Assembly (NCBI RefSeq): GCF_009914755.1
Contig: NC_060948.1
Source of the DNA: the human T2T-CHM13v2.0 reference genome, Homo sapiens
Reading direction: 5' to 3' (one strand)
Length of the DNA: 64,000 nt
Of the stretch, positions 12,452 through 24,401 are shown one piece after another. Within the stretch, counting starts at the first letter, position 1; every line of letters starts with the position of its first letter. The notes below the pieces were generated by a model. It saw nothing but the letters and a program-made list of their open reading frames with translations, was not told the DNA's origin and did not search any database. The position numbers and the translations under genes were made by a program.

Positions 12452-13857
12452 TATATATATAATGAATTGTGGCTTTAATGATATGTGCCCCAAAACAATG
12501 AGGCTCAAAAAAGACCCAAGAAGAAGCTCAGTAAGGCTGACTTACAGGAGAGAAAAAGCCTATATAATAAACAAAACCTTACCAAACCATAGAAGAAGAA
12601 AATGGTATTTTCAGTGTTACAGCACTTTAAAATTTAAATGCTCTTTTTCAGCGCAAGCAAAATCACAAATTACAGAATGAAATAGACAAGTATGGCTTAT
12701 TTTAAGAACATAAAAAAATTACGAAGGAGGTTTTTTTAGACAGCCCAAATGGCAGTCTTACTAAAACATTTTAGTTAACAATTAAGCTTCATGTTAAGAT
12801 AATATAATAAACAAAAGAAGCTCAAAAAATATGAACAAAACTTATTAATAAAAAGAGTAAAGTTATTTTATAACCTAAAAAGTCTAGAGATAAAAGTAAG
12901 AAAAATTTGCTACAGATATTTAAAAGCAGATATGAGCAGGGGAAGAACAAAATATCAGCATAGTAAAGAAAGGGTAGTTGACATTATTTATTACATTATG
13001 AAAGGAAAGAAAAAAATAAGGAAATGAGAACACAGCCTAGAATGCTGTGGGACACTATCAAGCAGCCATATTTACACATAATGGAAGTGGAAAGGGTGAG
13101 ACAAAGAATCAGGGAGACTATTTAGAAACAACAGTGGCAAAGAATACCAAGATCAAAAAACTCCAAGTTAGAGAAACTCAAAGCAACAAACTCAAATTCT
13201 ATGATAACTAAACTCTGTAAAAGAAAGAGAGAGAAAATCTTGAAAGCAGCAAAAGAAGTGACTAATCATGTTCAAAGAAACCTCAACAATAATCAGCAGA
13301 TTTCTTATCTGAAAACTCAGAAGACAGAAAGCAATAGACTAACAAATACCAAATGATGTAAGAAAAAACTTTTGAACGGAAATCTTATGTTCAAAAAATT
13401 GTCATTCATAAGTGAAGGAGAAATTATGACATTTCCAGATAAAAGCTGGGACTTTTACCAGTAGACTACTTTTTAAAAAATGCCTTATGGGGTCCTTCAT
13501 GGTAAAATGAACAGACATTCAACAGTAGCAAAAATGAGTATATATAAAGCAAAGATAAATACCTTAACAATTACAAAACATAAAAAATTAGCAATGTGCA
13601 CCTCCACAGTTTGTTTCCCATATAATTTAAAACACTAATATATTTAAGAAAAATACTATCATCCAGTTGTGTTTTTGACATACAATACATAAAGGTATGA
13701 TTTTGAGAACTCAATAAGTGAAATAATTGGGGTGAAGCTATACAGAGGTAAGAGATTTGTATGTTATTGAAGGTAAGCCAGCATAACTTTAAAAGTGGAA
13801 TAACTTTAAAATATTGAATGTAGTCATATTATCAATGACAATTAAAAAAGTAAAAGG
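11850..13857 (+). mobile_element. Ancient L1M 5' region/ORF1/inter-ORF fragment directly upstream of CDY copy 1
   Basis: ORF1-like motifs 'atgctgtgggacactatcaagc', 'gagaaaatcttgaaagcagc', 'tcagcagatttcttatctgaaa', 'aagtgaaggagaaattatgacatttccagataaa'. Confidence 0.7.
12348..12461. repeat. Compound (CA)n/(TA)n microsatellite
   Basis: Long perfect (TA)n core at ~12400-12440 flanked by (CA)n/(TG)n. Confidence 0.9.
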
Positions 13858-15000
13858 GTAAAAGGCAGGTAGAAAGCGTTCTGTACTACATCAGAGAGTA
13901 GGAGCTGTGGATTTAGCTCCTCTCACCTGAGGCTACTGAGCCACCTATCATGGCACCATGACACAGAGCCCAAGCTGTCACATCAGGGAGTGAGTGTGGA
14001 GACTTTCAGGCAGAGAGCACAGCTCCTATTTTACACAACTTTCACTAAACCAGTGGCGACAAAGTGGAAGGGGCTCATCCATACACAGAAACTGGTGAAG
14101 CACTGGAGGCAGAAACAAGTGGCTATGTGGAGACAACTGAAAGAAAGTTGGCACAGCAACTGCTCCAATCCTGTGTCTTTCTTCATGGCTTCCCAGGTGT
14201 TTGAGGTTGAACCTCTTGTTGACACAAAACAAGACAAAAATGGGAATACAGAGAACTGGAAATGTCCAAGCTATGTATTTAAATTATCAAAACATTTTTA
14301 AGCACTGTAACTTTAAAATAAGTAATAAAACAGCTTCATTGCCTAAATGTGATTATTTCATGCATACACAAGCCCAAATATAAAAGCAGACTGGTGAGCA
14401 CTAAACTGTTCTTGCAAGATCTAAATTTTATCTATGTCTACTATGATATATAAGACCAGAATTGTGTTTTATTAGATTTGAATGGCAAAAATTTGTGTAA
14501 TAATGTTTGTTTTTATTATTTATTTTTACCTTAGAATGCAGATGCTACTGGGGTATGAGGCAACCTCTACTCCCTCCCACAAAAACAAGACACAGAATTA
14601 TCAGTAATTGTGTCTTTGACTTTACAGTGTCACACATAACTCAGAGAAACAACATTCTAAATTAAAAGACTTGTCTTTTAGGATAAATATTTCTGACACA
14701 AAATTCACTGATGATCATTCTGCCAAACTCAACATATGGTTAGAATTTATGTTGAGATATAACTTTTCTTTTATTTTATAAATGTCTAGTTCTTACTCAG
14801 TTAACATAAAGAAACCTTTATCTTTCTAAGTGTAAAACATATTGCACTCTATTAGTGAATTATGGAATCATTTTTGTGGAAATATCCATGTTTTAATGTT
14901 CATCCTGTGCAGACATAGATTAACTTAGAGTATGTTCTAGTTAACAAGTTAAAATTCTGGACACATTATTAAAAACAGAAACTTCTTTCAAAGTAAGGAA
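13858..15000 (+). pseudogene. CDY: CDY pseudogene copy 1, internally deleted (5' UTR + first 23 codons fused to 3' UTR)
   Basis: The 5' UTR matches recalled CDY mRNA. ATG at 14185 gives MASQVFEVEPLVDTKQDKNGNTE (CDY1: MASQEFEVEAIVDKRQDKNGNTQ). At ~14253 it jumps to 'aactggaaatgtccaagctatg', equivalent to the copy-2 3' UTR at ~21452. Confidence 0.9.
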
Positions 15001-15059
15001 AAGACTCCTACACTCAGCATGACATTTAAAATTATTGGTGTCTGTTTTTACGTGCACAC

Positions 15060-15775
15060 AATTTTATAGAATACTCTACCTGTTCAGCTACCAGAAGCTT
15101 TCTGAATCCTTTCCTGTTGGTTTCTATGGAAGTTCCATTATATAGGCATAATTGAATAATCCACTGGCCATTGTTGATGAATGACATTTGTCACAGGATC
15201 TCTAGGGTATGGCTTCACCAGCAAAGAAACTGTGGATGATGGCACATTTGCACAATGTCAGAGTGGGCACTGGGAGCTTGGAGAGGCCAGGCAATGGGAA
15301 TAGGAACTACAGGGAATTTGTTGGAAGGATGGCTTCCCACACCTTGGAAAGTAGATGGGTGCTTGAGTCTGCAGCTGTGGTGGGGCAGCTGCCACTGTTC
15401 CTGAGTAGGTGGGGCTCCTTATAATTCCACTTGGATGTGAGTGTGGTTTCTGCCTTTTCTCTGTTTCCACCAGTTTCACAGAGTGTACAGCTCTGGCTTC
15501 ACCTCCCTCATTGCACCTGAAATCTTTGCAGCAGCCTCTCTAAATGGGCTGCTGCTGCCATTACCTGCAGCATCTCTCCCATTTCAGAATGATGCAGAGT
15601 TCATCTGAGAGTTCCTACCATTAAATCATGCCTTGGATTTTCATTGAAAAGCCCCAGTGTGCAGATCTACATCAATATTATCATATTAACAGACAGCACT
15701 TTGGAGATTCCAAAGGTTTTAGGAGTTTTATAGCAGAAAGCAGACAAACATCAAACATGCTTTACAAACTTACAG
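15060..15775 (-). mobile_element. MER21-like LTR interrupted by an internally deleted MER52 fragment (~15188-15565)
   Basis: MER21 motifs 'tgttcagctaccagaagctttctgaatcc' and 'cactttggagattccaaaggttttaggag'; MER52 terminus 'tgtcacaggatctctagggt'. Confidence 0.65.
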
Positions 15776-16030
15776 CTACTAAAAAGAAAACCCCAGGACT
15801 AGAGTTTCAAATTTTGAATTCTAAGCATTAAAACAATGTACTCCTTTATTAAAAACATTTATTTTAAAAGAAGAAAGTACAAATTGAACATGGCTAACAC
15901 AAAAATTTCAAATGTACTCTAATGTGAACTTTGATAGATTCCATGACAAAAGTAAAAAACTGCACAGAAAAGCCCTTAACACAAATGTTGTTTAATCTAC
16001 AAAATATACAAAATTACCTTCATGAAAGTG

Positions 16031-17270
16031 TGAGAGAAAAAAGAAGTGAGGAAGCTAGAAGCAGTTTTTGGAAAAACTCTTTTACACAGGGGAACAGCCT
16101 GAAAACATAGGATGCAGACACTGATAAAAAAAAAATTTAAGATGATGATAGCCTTAAGATATATCCACAACTGCACTAATAAGGCAACAAGGCAGAATAT
16201 AGAAATGACTTTGTCATTTTTGCCTAAAACATATTCATGGCTGTAAAGATAAAGGAATGAGGCCAAAAGAATAAATGCCTTTGCCATTCATATAATCAGC
16301 AGACTTCAAGAAAATACACACTCCTCCATTTGTGGGCATGACACACGGTAGGCTCCAGTGGGTTCTGATGTAATTTTTTCTCTATTTTGGACATATGAGC
16401 CAAGCATTTATGAATTATCTCTTCAGCTTCTGCTTTTCCTCAGCCCAATGTTCCAGACAAAGCTTTTACTTTAGCCTCTCATTTTTCCCAGACCAGGTAC
16501 TGAAACTAGCTAAGTAGTGCTTTCTTCAAGACAGCTCAGAGACACCTCAGAAAATTTTGTTCTTTACAGTTCATAGAAAGCCCTGACCAAGCTTTACAGT
16601 TGGAAACTCTCTCAAATCCCTTCTTCACTGTCAGGAGTTTTCTTCTTTTGCTTGTTAACCTTTTGTTCCTAATTGAACTTTGCATCATGCAGACTCCTTA
16701 ATTATTGTGGCCACGAGACATTACTTCAGCCTGTGATTGGTCCCAAGCCAAGGTCTCAGGCTGAGTTGTCACTTCCTTTTTTGTCCAGGGCCAAGTTCCA
16801 AGGCTGAGCTTAGTAGCTTCTATAAATCATAACTTCAGTTCCAGATGAATCCAAGAAAAATGTTCAGGGCCAAGCCAAATAACACTTACTCTAAGACCAC
16901 TAAGCACATTATTTTACTTCCCTGCCTTTAGAAACCATAAATCCCAATCTCATAGTAGGTAAACCATTTGCATTCCACCTCCACTGTGAAGAGCTTTTTT
17001 ACTTTCACTTATCAAAATTTTGCTTCAAATTGTTTGCATCCATTCTCCTTAATTTTCTTGGCCATGGGACAAATAGCTCTGTGTGATACCTCACAATTAG
17101 AGACTTTTATATTGTGGTGTATGAGTGAGACTGAAATGATTGAAGTATTGGAATTGAGCTCTGGGATGCATTAGCCTTGAAACACTGTAATACACAGACT
17201 TGGGGGCAGTCAACCATGTACTGGTCACCAGTACAGGTTGGAAAGGGTCAAGGTAGCTTCATGCAGCCTA
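16031..17270 (+). mobile_element. MER4-group ERV1 LTR (MER61/MER83-like, exact family uncertain) with short internal remnant
   Basis: Starts 'tgagagaaaa' and contains 'ggaacagcctgaaaa'. The 3' end 'gtgatacctcacaattagagact' is followed by PBS-like 'ttgtggtg'. Homologous to other LTRs at 23.6-42.9 kb. Confidence 0.55.
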
Positions 17271-18389
17271 GAAACCTGAGGGACACCATCAATCAGCCAT
17301 ACTTATGCAATTTGGAAATTCGAAAGAAGAGAGAAAGAATCAAGGACACTACTTAACAAAATAGGCATAAAGAAGGTAACAATTTAAGACAATAAATAAG
17401 CACCCAAGAATCTCAACAAACTCCAAGTAATAGAAACTCAACAAACAAACTCAAACTTACCTGATAATTGAACTGTCTAAAACAAATACAAAGAGAATCT
17501 TGAGGATTTTCAAGGGAAGCAAGGGAAGTGGCTAGTCATGTAAAAGGGACCCTCAAAAATAACCAGTGAATTTCTTATCTGAATAACCACTGAATAACTG
17601 GTGGATTTCTTATCTGACAACTAAGATGACAGAAAGCAGTAGACTAATATATTCCAAGTGATATCAGAAAAAACTGTCAAACCTAAAACTTATGGTCCAA
17701 TAAATTGTCCATCAAATGTGTGGGACAAATTATAACACTCCCAGATAAAAGCTGGCACCCTTAACCAGTAAGCTACACTTCAAGAAAACACTCATATATT
17801 TAATAAAAAAAAAACTACCATTATTGGGGGAACCACCACTGATAATTCAATGTAATTTATTTTCTATTTTCCCTAAATGTCAGCCAGTATGAGAAATAAA
17901 GGGAAAGAGTACAAAAGAGAGAAATTTTAAAGCAGGGTGTCCAGGGGAGACTTCACATGTCGGCAGGTTCTGTAATGCTCCTCAATCAGCAAAACCAACA
18001 AGTTTTTATTAGCGATTTTCAAATGGGAGGGAGTGTAAAAATAGGGTGTGGGTCACAGAGATCACATGCTTCATAAGGCAATAACATATCACAAGGCAAA
18101 TGGGGGCAGAGCACTAGGGCAAAATTAAAATTGCTAATGAAGTTTTGGGCACATATTGTCATTGAAAACATCTTATCAGGAGACAGGGTTTGAGAGCAGA
18201 CAACCGTTATGACTAAAACTTGCTAGGCAGGATTTCCTCATCCTAATAGGCCTTCGAGCACTATGGGAGACTGAGGCTTATTTCTTCCCTTATCTGCAAC
18301 CGTAAAAGACAGACATTCCCAGAGCAGCCATTTCAGAGTCCTTCTTTTAAGAACACATTGTGTTTCTCAGGGCTGTTCCTTGCTGAGAA

Positions 18390-18420
<31 letters not shown>

Positions 18421-19148
18421 CAAAAAACCAACCAAACAAACAAAAAGTGATATTTCTCCTATTCACTTTTGTAAGAAGAGAAACGTGACTCTGTTCTGCC
18501 TGTCTCTCAGGCAGTCAGACCTGATGGTTATCTCCCCATTCCCTAAACATTGTTGTTATCCTGTTCTTTTTTCAAGGTGCCTAGATTTCATATTGTTTAA
18601 ACACAAATGCTTTACAAACAATTTGTGCAGTTAACTCAATCTTCACAGGGTTTTGAGGCAATATAGATCCTCAGCTTAAAAAAGATGATGAGATTAAGAG
18701 ATTAAAGTAAAGACAGGCATAGGAAATCACAAGAGTATTGATAAGGGAAGTGATAAATGTCCATGAGATCTTCACAATTCATGTTTGCAGGTTGCAGTAA
18801 AGACAGGTGTAAGAAATTATAAAAGTATTCATTTGGGGAACTAACAAATGTCCATGAAATCTTCACAATTTATGTTCCTCTGCCATGGCTTCAGCAGGTC
18901 CCGCCGCTCAGGGTCCCTGACTTCCTGCAACACTACCACTAATTTGTGTTTTTGACATACAATGCATCAAGGTACAATTTTGAGAACTCAATAACTGAAA
19001 TAATGGAGTTAAGTTATACAGGAGTAAAGGTTTTGTATGTTACTAAAGGTAAGCTAGTGTAACTTTCAAAATGTTATAACATTCGAATGTTCAATTTAAT
19101 CATCATAGCAACCACAACTAGTCAAAACAAACAAACAAACACAAAAGA
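17270..19148 (+). mobile_element. L1M ORF1/inter-ORF fragment, paralogous to 13030-13857, split by MER11
   Basis: Colinear with the copy-1 flank: 'aactccaagt..agaaactcaa..aacaaactcaaa' and 'gtgtttttgacatacaat..atc/taaaggta..attttgagaactcaataa'. Confidence 0.75.
17822..18932 (-). mobile_element. MER11 solo LTR (HERV-K11/HML-8)
   Basis: The reverse complement starts 'tgttgcaggaagtcagggaccctgagcgg...gctgaagccatggcag'. It is flanked by a 'ctacca' target-site duplication (17815-17820 and 18933-18938). Confidence 0.9.
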
Positions 19149-21880
19149 GTAACAGGCAGAAAGAAGGCTTTCTGTATACCAGAGAATAGGGGCTGTGGAT
19201 TTAGCTACTCTTATCTGAGGCTACTGAGCCAGGTATCATGCTCCATGAGATAAAGCCCAAGCTGTCCTACCAGGGAGAAAGTGTGAAGAGCCTAAGGCAC
19301 ATAGCATAGCTGCTATTTCACACAATTTTCACTGCACCAGTGGCAATGAAGTAGAAGAGGCTCATCCATACTCAGAACCTGGTGAAGGACTGGAGGCAGA
19401 AAGAAGTGGCTGTGTAGAGATGCAACTGAAATAAAGCTCACAGCAACTGCTCCAATCCTGTGTCTTTCTTCATGGATTCCCAGGAGTTTGAGGTTGAAAC
19501 TATTGTTGACAAAAGACAAGGAAAAAATGTGAATATAGAGTATTTGGTTAAGTGGAAAGCTTATGACAAGCAGTATGACACTTGGGAACCAAAGCAGCAC
19601 CTCATGAACTGTGAAAAATGTATGATTTTAACAGACGACAGACTGAAAAACAGAAAAAAAAATACATGGACCAGAGCAAGTAGAACTTTTTCAAACCATA
19701 CTAGAGGAACTTCCAGATCTACCAACCCCAAGTTTTCTAAGAACTCTCCTAACATGCTAGTGACTGGCAAACACCACAAATCCAAAAACAGCCAGTTATT
19801 TGCTGCCAGCAAGAATGTTAGGAGAAAGGCAGCTTCACTTCTCTTTGACACAAGAATATGGAGCCAGTAAACTCAACTATGAAGACATTTGCACCTCACA
19901 GTCCCTTTAACAAGAAAACTGTGAGTGGCTTTCAGGAGCTTGAGAAACTGGACCCCTTTATGGTAGATCTGCAGGACACAGTGGTCTTCAAGGGGATAGA
20001 AGGGAAGCCCATCAGGACTTTATCAGGTTCTGGTGCAGAACAGGTTGGAATAGAGAACAGGACCCAGATACACCTGCTAATGTCTCAGATGTCTGGCTCA
20101 CTTACTGCTTCCTTGGCCACAGGCTCAGCTACCAAAAAAAGGTATAGTGACATTAACAGACCCATTAGCAGCCAATAGAACAACAGACATGCATACATCA
20201 GTTCCAAGAGGGAAATGAGGGCAAATAAATGTCACTGATGATGGCAGAGACCAGCCTTTTATCAAGAAGATGTACTTCACTATAAGGCTAACAGAAAATT
20301 CCAGCACATACAGACACATTCTCGTGAAGAAAGAGGATGGATTCACCCAAATATCGCTATCAACTCAATCGACAGAAAAATATGCAGTGAATACAGAAGT
20401 ACTTAAAGAAATGGTTAATGCTCTGAATAGGGATGTTGTGGATGACAGCAAGCTTGTGCTGTTCTGTGCAGCTGGAAATGTCTTTTGCTATGGTCTTGAT
20501 TTTGGGTACTTTGTGAAGCACTTAAGGAATGACAGAGAGCAAGCCTTGAGATTGTGGACACCATCAAGAACTTTGTGAATACTTTTATTCAATTTAAAAA
20601 GCCTATTGTTGTATCAGTCAATGGCCCTGTCACTGGACTAGGTGAATCCATACTGCCTCTTCGTGATCTCGTGTGGGCTAATGAAAAGTCTTGGTTCCAA
20701 ACCTCTTATGCAGCTTTTGGACACAGTCCAGATGGCTGTTCTACTGTTACATTTTCAAAAATGATGGGTGAAGCATCTGCCAATGAAATATTAATGCTGG
20801 GCAAAAGCTGACAGCATGGGAGGCATGTGCCAAACGCCTGGTCTCTCAAGCGTTTTTGACTGCAACTTTCACCCAAGGGGTTGTGATTCAAATTAAGGAG
20901 CTTGCCTCATGTAATCAAGATGCACTGGAAGAATGTATGGCTCTTGTTCACTGTAATATTAAGATGGAGTTGGAGGTGCTGAGGAAGATATGGGGTCAGC
21001 ACAAGGGATAGAATCCATGTTGAAGTGGCCGGTCACGGTGACTCACGCCTGTAATCCCTGCACTTTGGGAGGCCAAGGTGGGTGGATCATGAGGTCAGGA
21101 GATCGAGACCATCCTGGCTAACATGGTGAAACCCGGTCTCTACAAAAAATATGCAAAAAAATTAGCCAGGTGTGGTAATGGGAGCCTGTACTCCCTGCTA
21201 CTTGGGAGGCTGAGGCAGGAGAATGGCATGAACGCAGGAGGCAGAGCTTGCAGTGAGCCAAAATCGCACCACTGCACTAAAAAAAAAAAAAAAAAAGGAA
21301 TCCTTGTTTAAGTATGTGTAGAATAAAACTGATGAGATTTAGTTGTCAGTCTGTCTGCTCAGGACACAAGAACTAAGCTGAAACAAATGCATAAGGATTT
21401 GCTGTCTTCATTGCCCAAAACAATTTCAATCACAGCTAAGGCTTGGAAAGAGAATTGGAAAGATCCAAGCTATGTATTTAAATTATCAAGGCATTTTTAA
21501 GCACTGCAACATTAAATGAGTAATAAAACAGCTTATTTGCCCAAATGTGATTATTTTATGCACATATAAGACCAAATACAAAAGCAGACTGATGGGTACT
21601 AGACTGCCCTAATTTGTGTCTATGGCTACTACTATATATATAACCAGAATTGTGTTTTATTAGATGTGGATGACAGATAATTCTGTAATAGTGTTTATTT
21701 TTCTCATTTTTATATCCTAGAATACAGAGTCTACTGGGGTATGAGGCAGCCTCAGCTTCCCTACCACAAAGAAAGGCACAGAACTATCAGAGATGGTGCC
21801 TTTGACTTTATAGTGGCACAAATACTTCAGAGACACAAAATTATAAATTAAAAATCTTATCTTTTAGAATAAATATTTCT
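19149..21880 (+). pseudogene. CDY: CDY pseudogene copy 2 (chromodomain + enoyl-CoA hydratase-like domain), frameshifted and Alu-interrupted
   Basis: ATG at 19472. Consecutive ORF pieces (19460-19870, 19858-20178, 20270-20578, 20554-20811) tile recalled CDY1/CDY2 protein. The C-terminus GIESMLK|Alu|YV*NKTDEI* ends at 21342. A homolog of CDY1 exon 2 follows the acceptor 'tatcctag' at 21721, and AATAAA is at 21868. Confidence 0.95.
21027..21296 (+). mobile_element. AluY-like element inserted in the CDY C-terminus, lacking ~30 bp before the poly(A)
   Basis: AluY diagnostics 'ggagatcgagaccatcctggctaac' and 'gagaatggcatgaac..gagcttgcagtgagc'. TSD gaatccatgttgaagt (21011-21026) / gaatccttgtttaagt (21298-21313). 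Confidence 0.92.
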
Positions 21881-22249
21881 GACACAAAATTCACTGATCA
21901 TTCTCCTAAACTGAACATATGATTCAAATTTTTGTTGAGATATCACTTGATTTTCTTTTCTATTATAAATGTCTAATTGTTACCCAGTTGACAAAAGAAT
22001 ATTTATCTGTCTAAAGTAAAACTTGTTGCACCCTATTAGTGAATTATGGAATCATTTTTGTGGAAATATCCAAGTTCTAAACTTTATAATGTACAGATTT
22101 AGTTTTAGGTTAACTTGGAGTATGTTCTAGTTAATAAGTTAAAATTATGGACACATTACTAAAGGCAGAAACTTCCTTCAAAACAAATAAAAGCCCCCTA
22201 CACTCTGTATGAAATTTGAAATTATCATTGTCTGTTGTTATGTGCACAC

Positions 22250-22850
22250 AATTTTCTAGAACATTGTATGTGTTCAGCTACCCAGAAGCTCTCTGAATCC
22301 TGTTCTGTACGTTTTTATGGAGGCTCCATTGCATAGGCATAATTGAACAATCCAGTGGCCACTGGTGAGGAATTTCACCTTTGGCTCAGGAACTCTAGGG
22401 TGTCACTTCGACAGCCAAGAATCTCTGTGGATGATGGCACCTTTGCGCAAGTTTCTCTTGAGCCTGCTTTCTAATTGTGCAAACCCATCTTGCAGGCTGC
22501 ACTCAGCTCAAACTATGGGCTTAGGTTTCATTTCACTATGGATGCGCCAGGCACAGAATGGAGGCAGATGTATGAGTAAGTGATGGTTGAGCCCATCCAC
22601 TTCACACAGCTAGGCATATTATCTGGTATCAGACAAGCAGGTCAGGTGCTGGTACAGGTGACAGCTCCCTGCAAATTTTTAGGTGAATCAGCCATACCAC
22701 AAGCTTTCTTTTCTGCAGGCACTGAAGAAGGCAGTGGAATCCAGATACATAGAAATGACAGAAACTGCAGAGATCCAAAGGTGTTGTCACAGCCCTGGCT
22801 TGGGAAAGGTTTGGATCTGGGCCCTTTTAAGGGCCAAAGCCCTGCTTTCT
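22250..22850 (-). mobile_element. MER21 fragment plus MER52 fragment, paralogous to 15060-15565
   Basis: 'tgtgttcagctacccagaagctctctgaatcc', then 'caggaactctagggtgtcacttcgacagcc' and 'ggtgttgtcacagccctggc'. Confidence 0.65.
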
Positions 22851-24401
22851 TTTTTCTTTCTTTCTTTATTTTTTTTAACTTATCTATGGAATCACTAGGG
22901 CTCAAATTAAGGCTTTCAAAGGGCTCTCTGTCTTGCTACTGGAAATTAGGATCTTATCTTTTCTTCACTCAGTCTCTCTTTCACTGCTTTGCATTTATTA
23001 TGACATGCTATAGAACAAATGCTGTTTGCCACAGCATCTTTCTGTTGCCTGCAGGGCTGTCTATTTCACAGAAGCAGTAAGATTTTGGCTTAGGAATAAC
23101 ATAACATCTTCCTATGGAGGATGAGATAAAAAAGCTAGATATTAGAAAGTCTCTCTATATAAACTGAGGTATCAGAAAACTTCCCCACATCTTAATTTAT
23201 TTGTTTAAGGTACTGTAATGAAAAAGAAACTTGCACTTTACAGACAACTCATTCATTGGGCATTTCCTATAGGGGTAGTAATGGACTTGGAGGGTTGGAT
23301 GTTAAAATTGGAAGATCTGATGATGATGTGACTAAAAGGTTCTCTAGATCAAGAATATGAGAAAAAGTGGGGCAACAAAATTTGCTTTTGAGAGTTTCCA
23401 GGGTGAATGTTTCTCCGATGTTTGGTAGCTGCTTACTGTGGGCTTTTCTGATATAACTGCTAAGAAGGCATGAACAATTTTACAATAGTTACAAAGATTT
23501 GGGTTGCTTCACAGGGCAAAAATGCTTTGCACATAGGCAACTTCAAACAATTTGCCTTCCCACCCTCAGAAACTATCTAGGTCTTCAATAATATTGAGAA
23601 TGAAAAGCTACATAATTATCGATTACTGGTAAAATTTTGACAAGCAGAGAAACAGCCTGAAAAATCAGGCTGCAGACACAAATTGAAGAATCCTGCACAA
23701 TCCTGTGGCCCATGCAAATAAATAAAATATCCAACTTTGTGTGTGTGGGGGCTTAAGACATGCACACAGTTACTCAGATTAAAAAAACAAACAAAAAAAA
23801 AAAACATGATCCTACATTAAAATGCTGTTTTTTGTATAACCAGAGGGCTTCCAGGAATTACTCTCTCTCTCTCTCTTTTTCTGGACATGTACACATTGGC
23901 CTCTAGTGTGTTACAAAGGGTACCTTACATTAGTAAACATGCTTTAGACTCTGAGCCAAGTTTCTTTAAATTATCAATTGAACCTCCGGTCCTACGCCAA
24001 TGTCCCAGCCATGCTTTCACTTTACCTCTTGTGTGGCTCAGGGCCAAGTTCCTGACCCACGCTGATTCATTACTTCAGCTATTAATAGTTCCAGGCTCAA
24101 GGTCCCAGAAAAGAAGAGTAGTGCTTTCTTCAAGACTAGTTAGTGCATTTTCTTTCTTCCATAAAGATATCAGACTCTCCATCAAAGTGGGCAACTAAAT
24201 CTACTCCTCCAGAAGTTAATGTATTAAACATTTCCTATAATCTCACCTTTTGCATTCATAATTTTTAATTTTCTTGGGGTTAAAAAAATTCTGTGTGACA
24301 CCTCAAAATGAGAGAATGATACATTGTGGTGCATTAGGGGACTGCAAGGTTTGTTTTTGGTTCATGGACCTGGAAAGGGCTTAATTAAAAAAGTCAGTAG
24401 G

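Noticed and set aside
22580-23080. 166-aa ORF downstream of CDY copy 2
   Set aside because: Lies in MER52/ERV sequence with a non-ATG start and a T-rich tract; no protein similarity.
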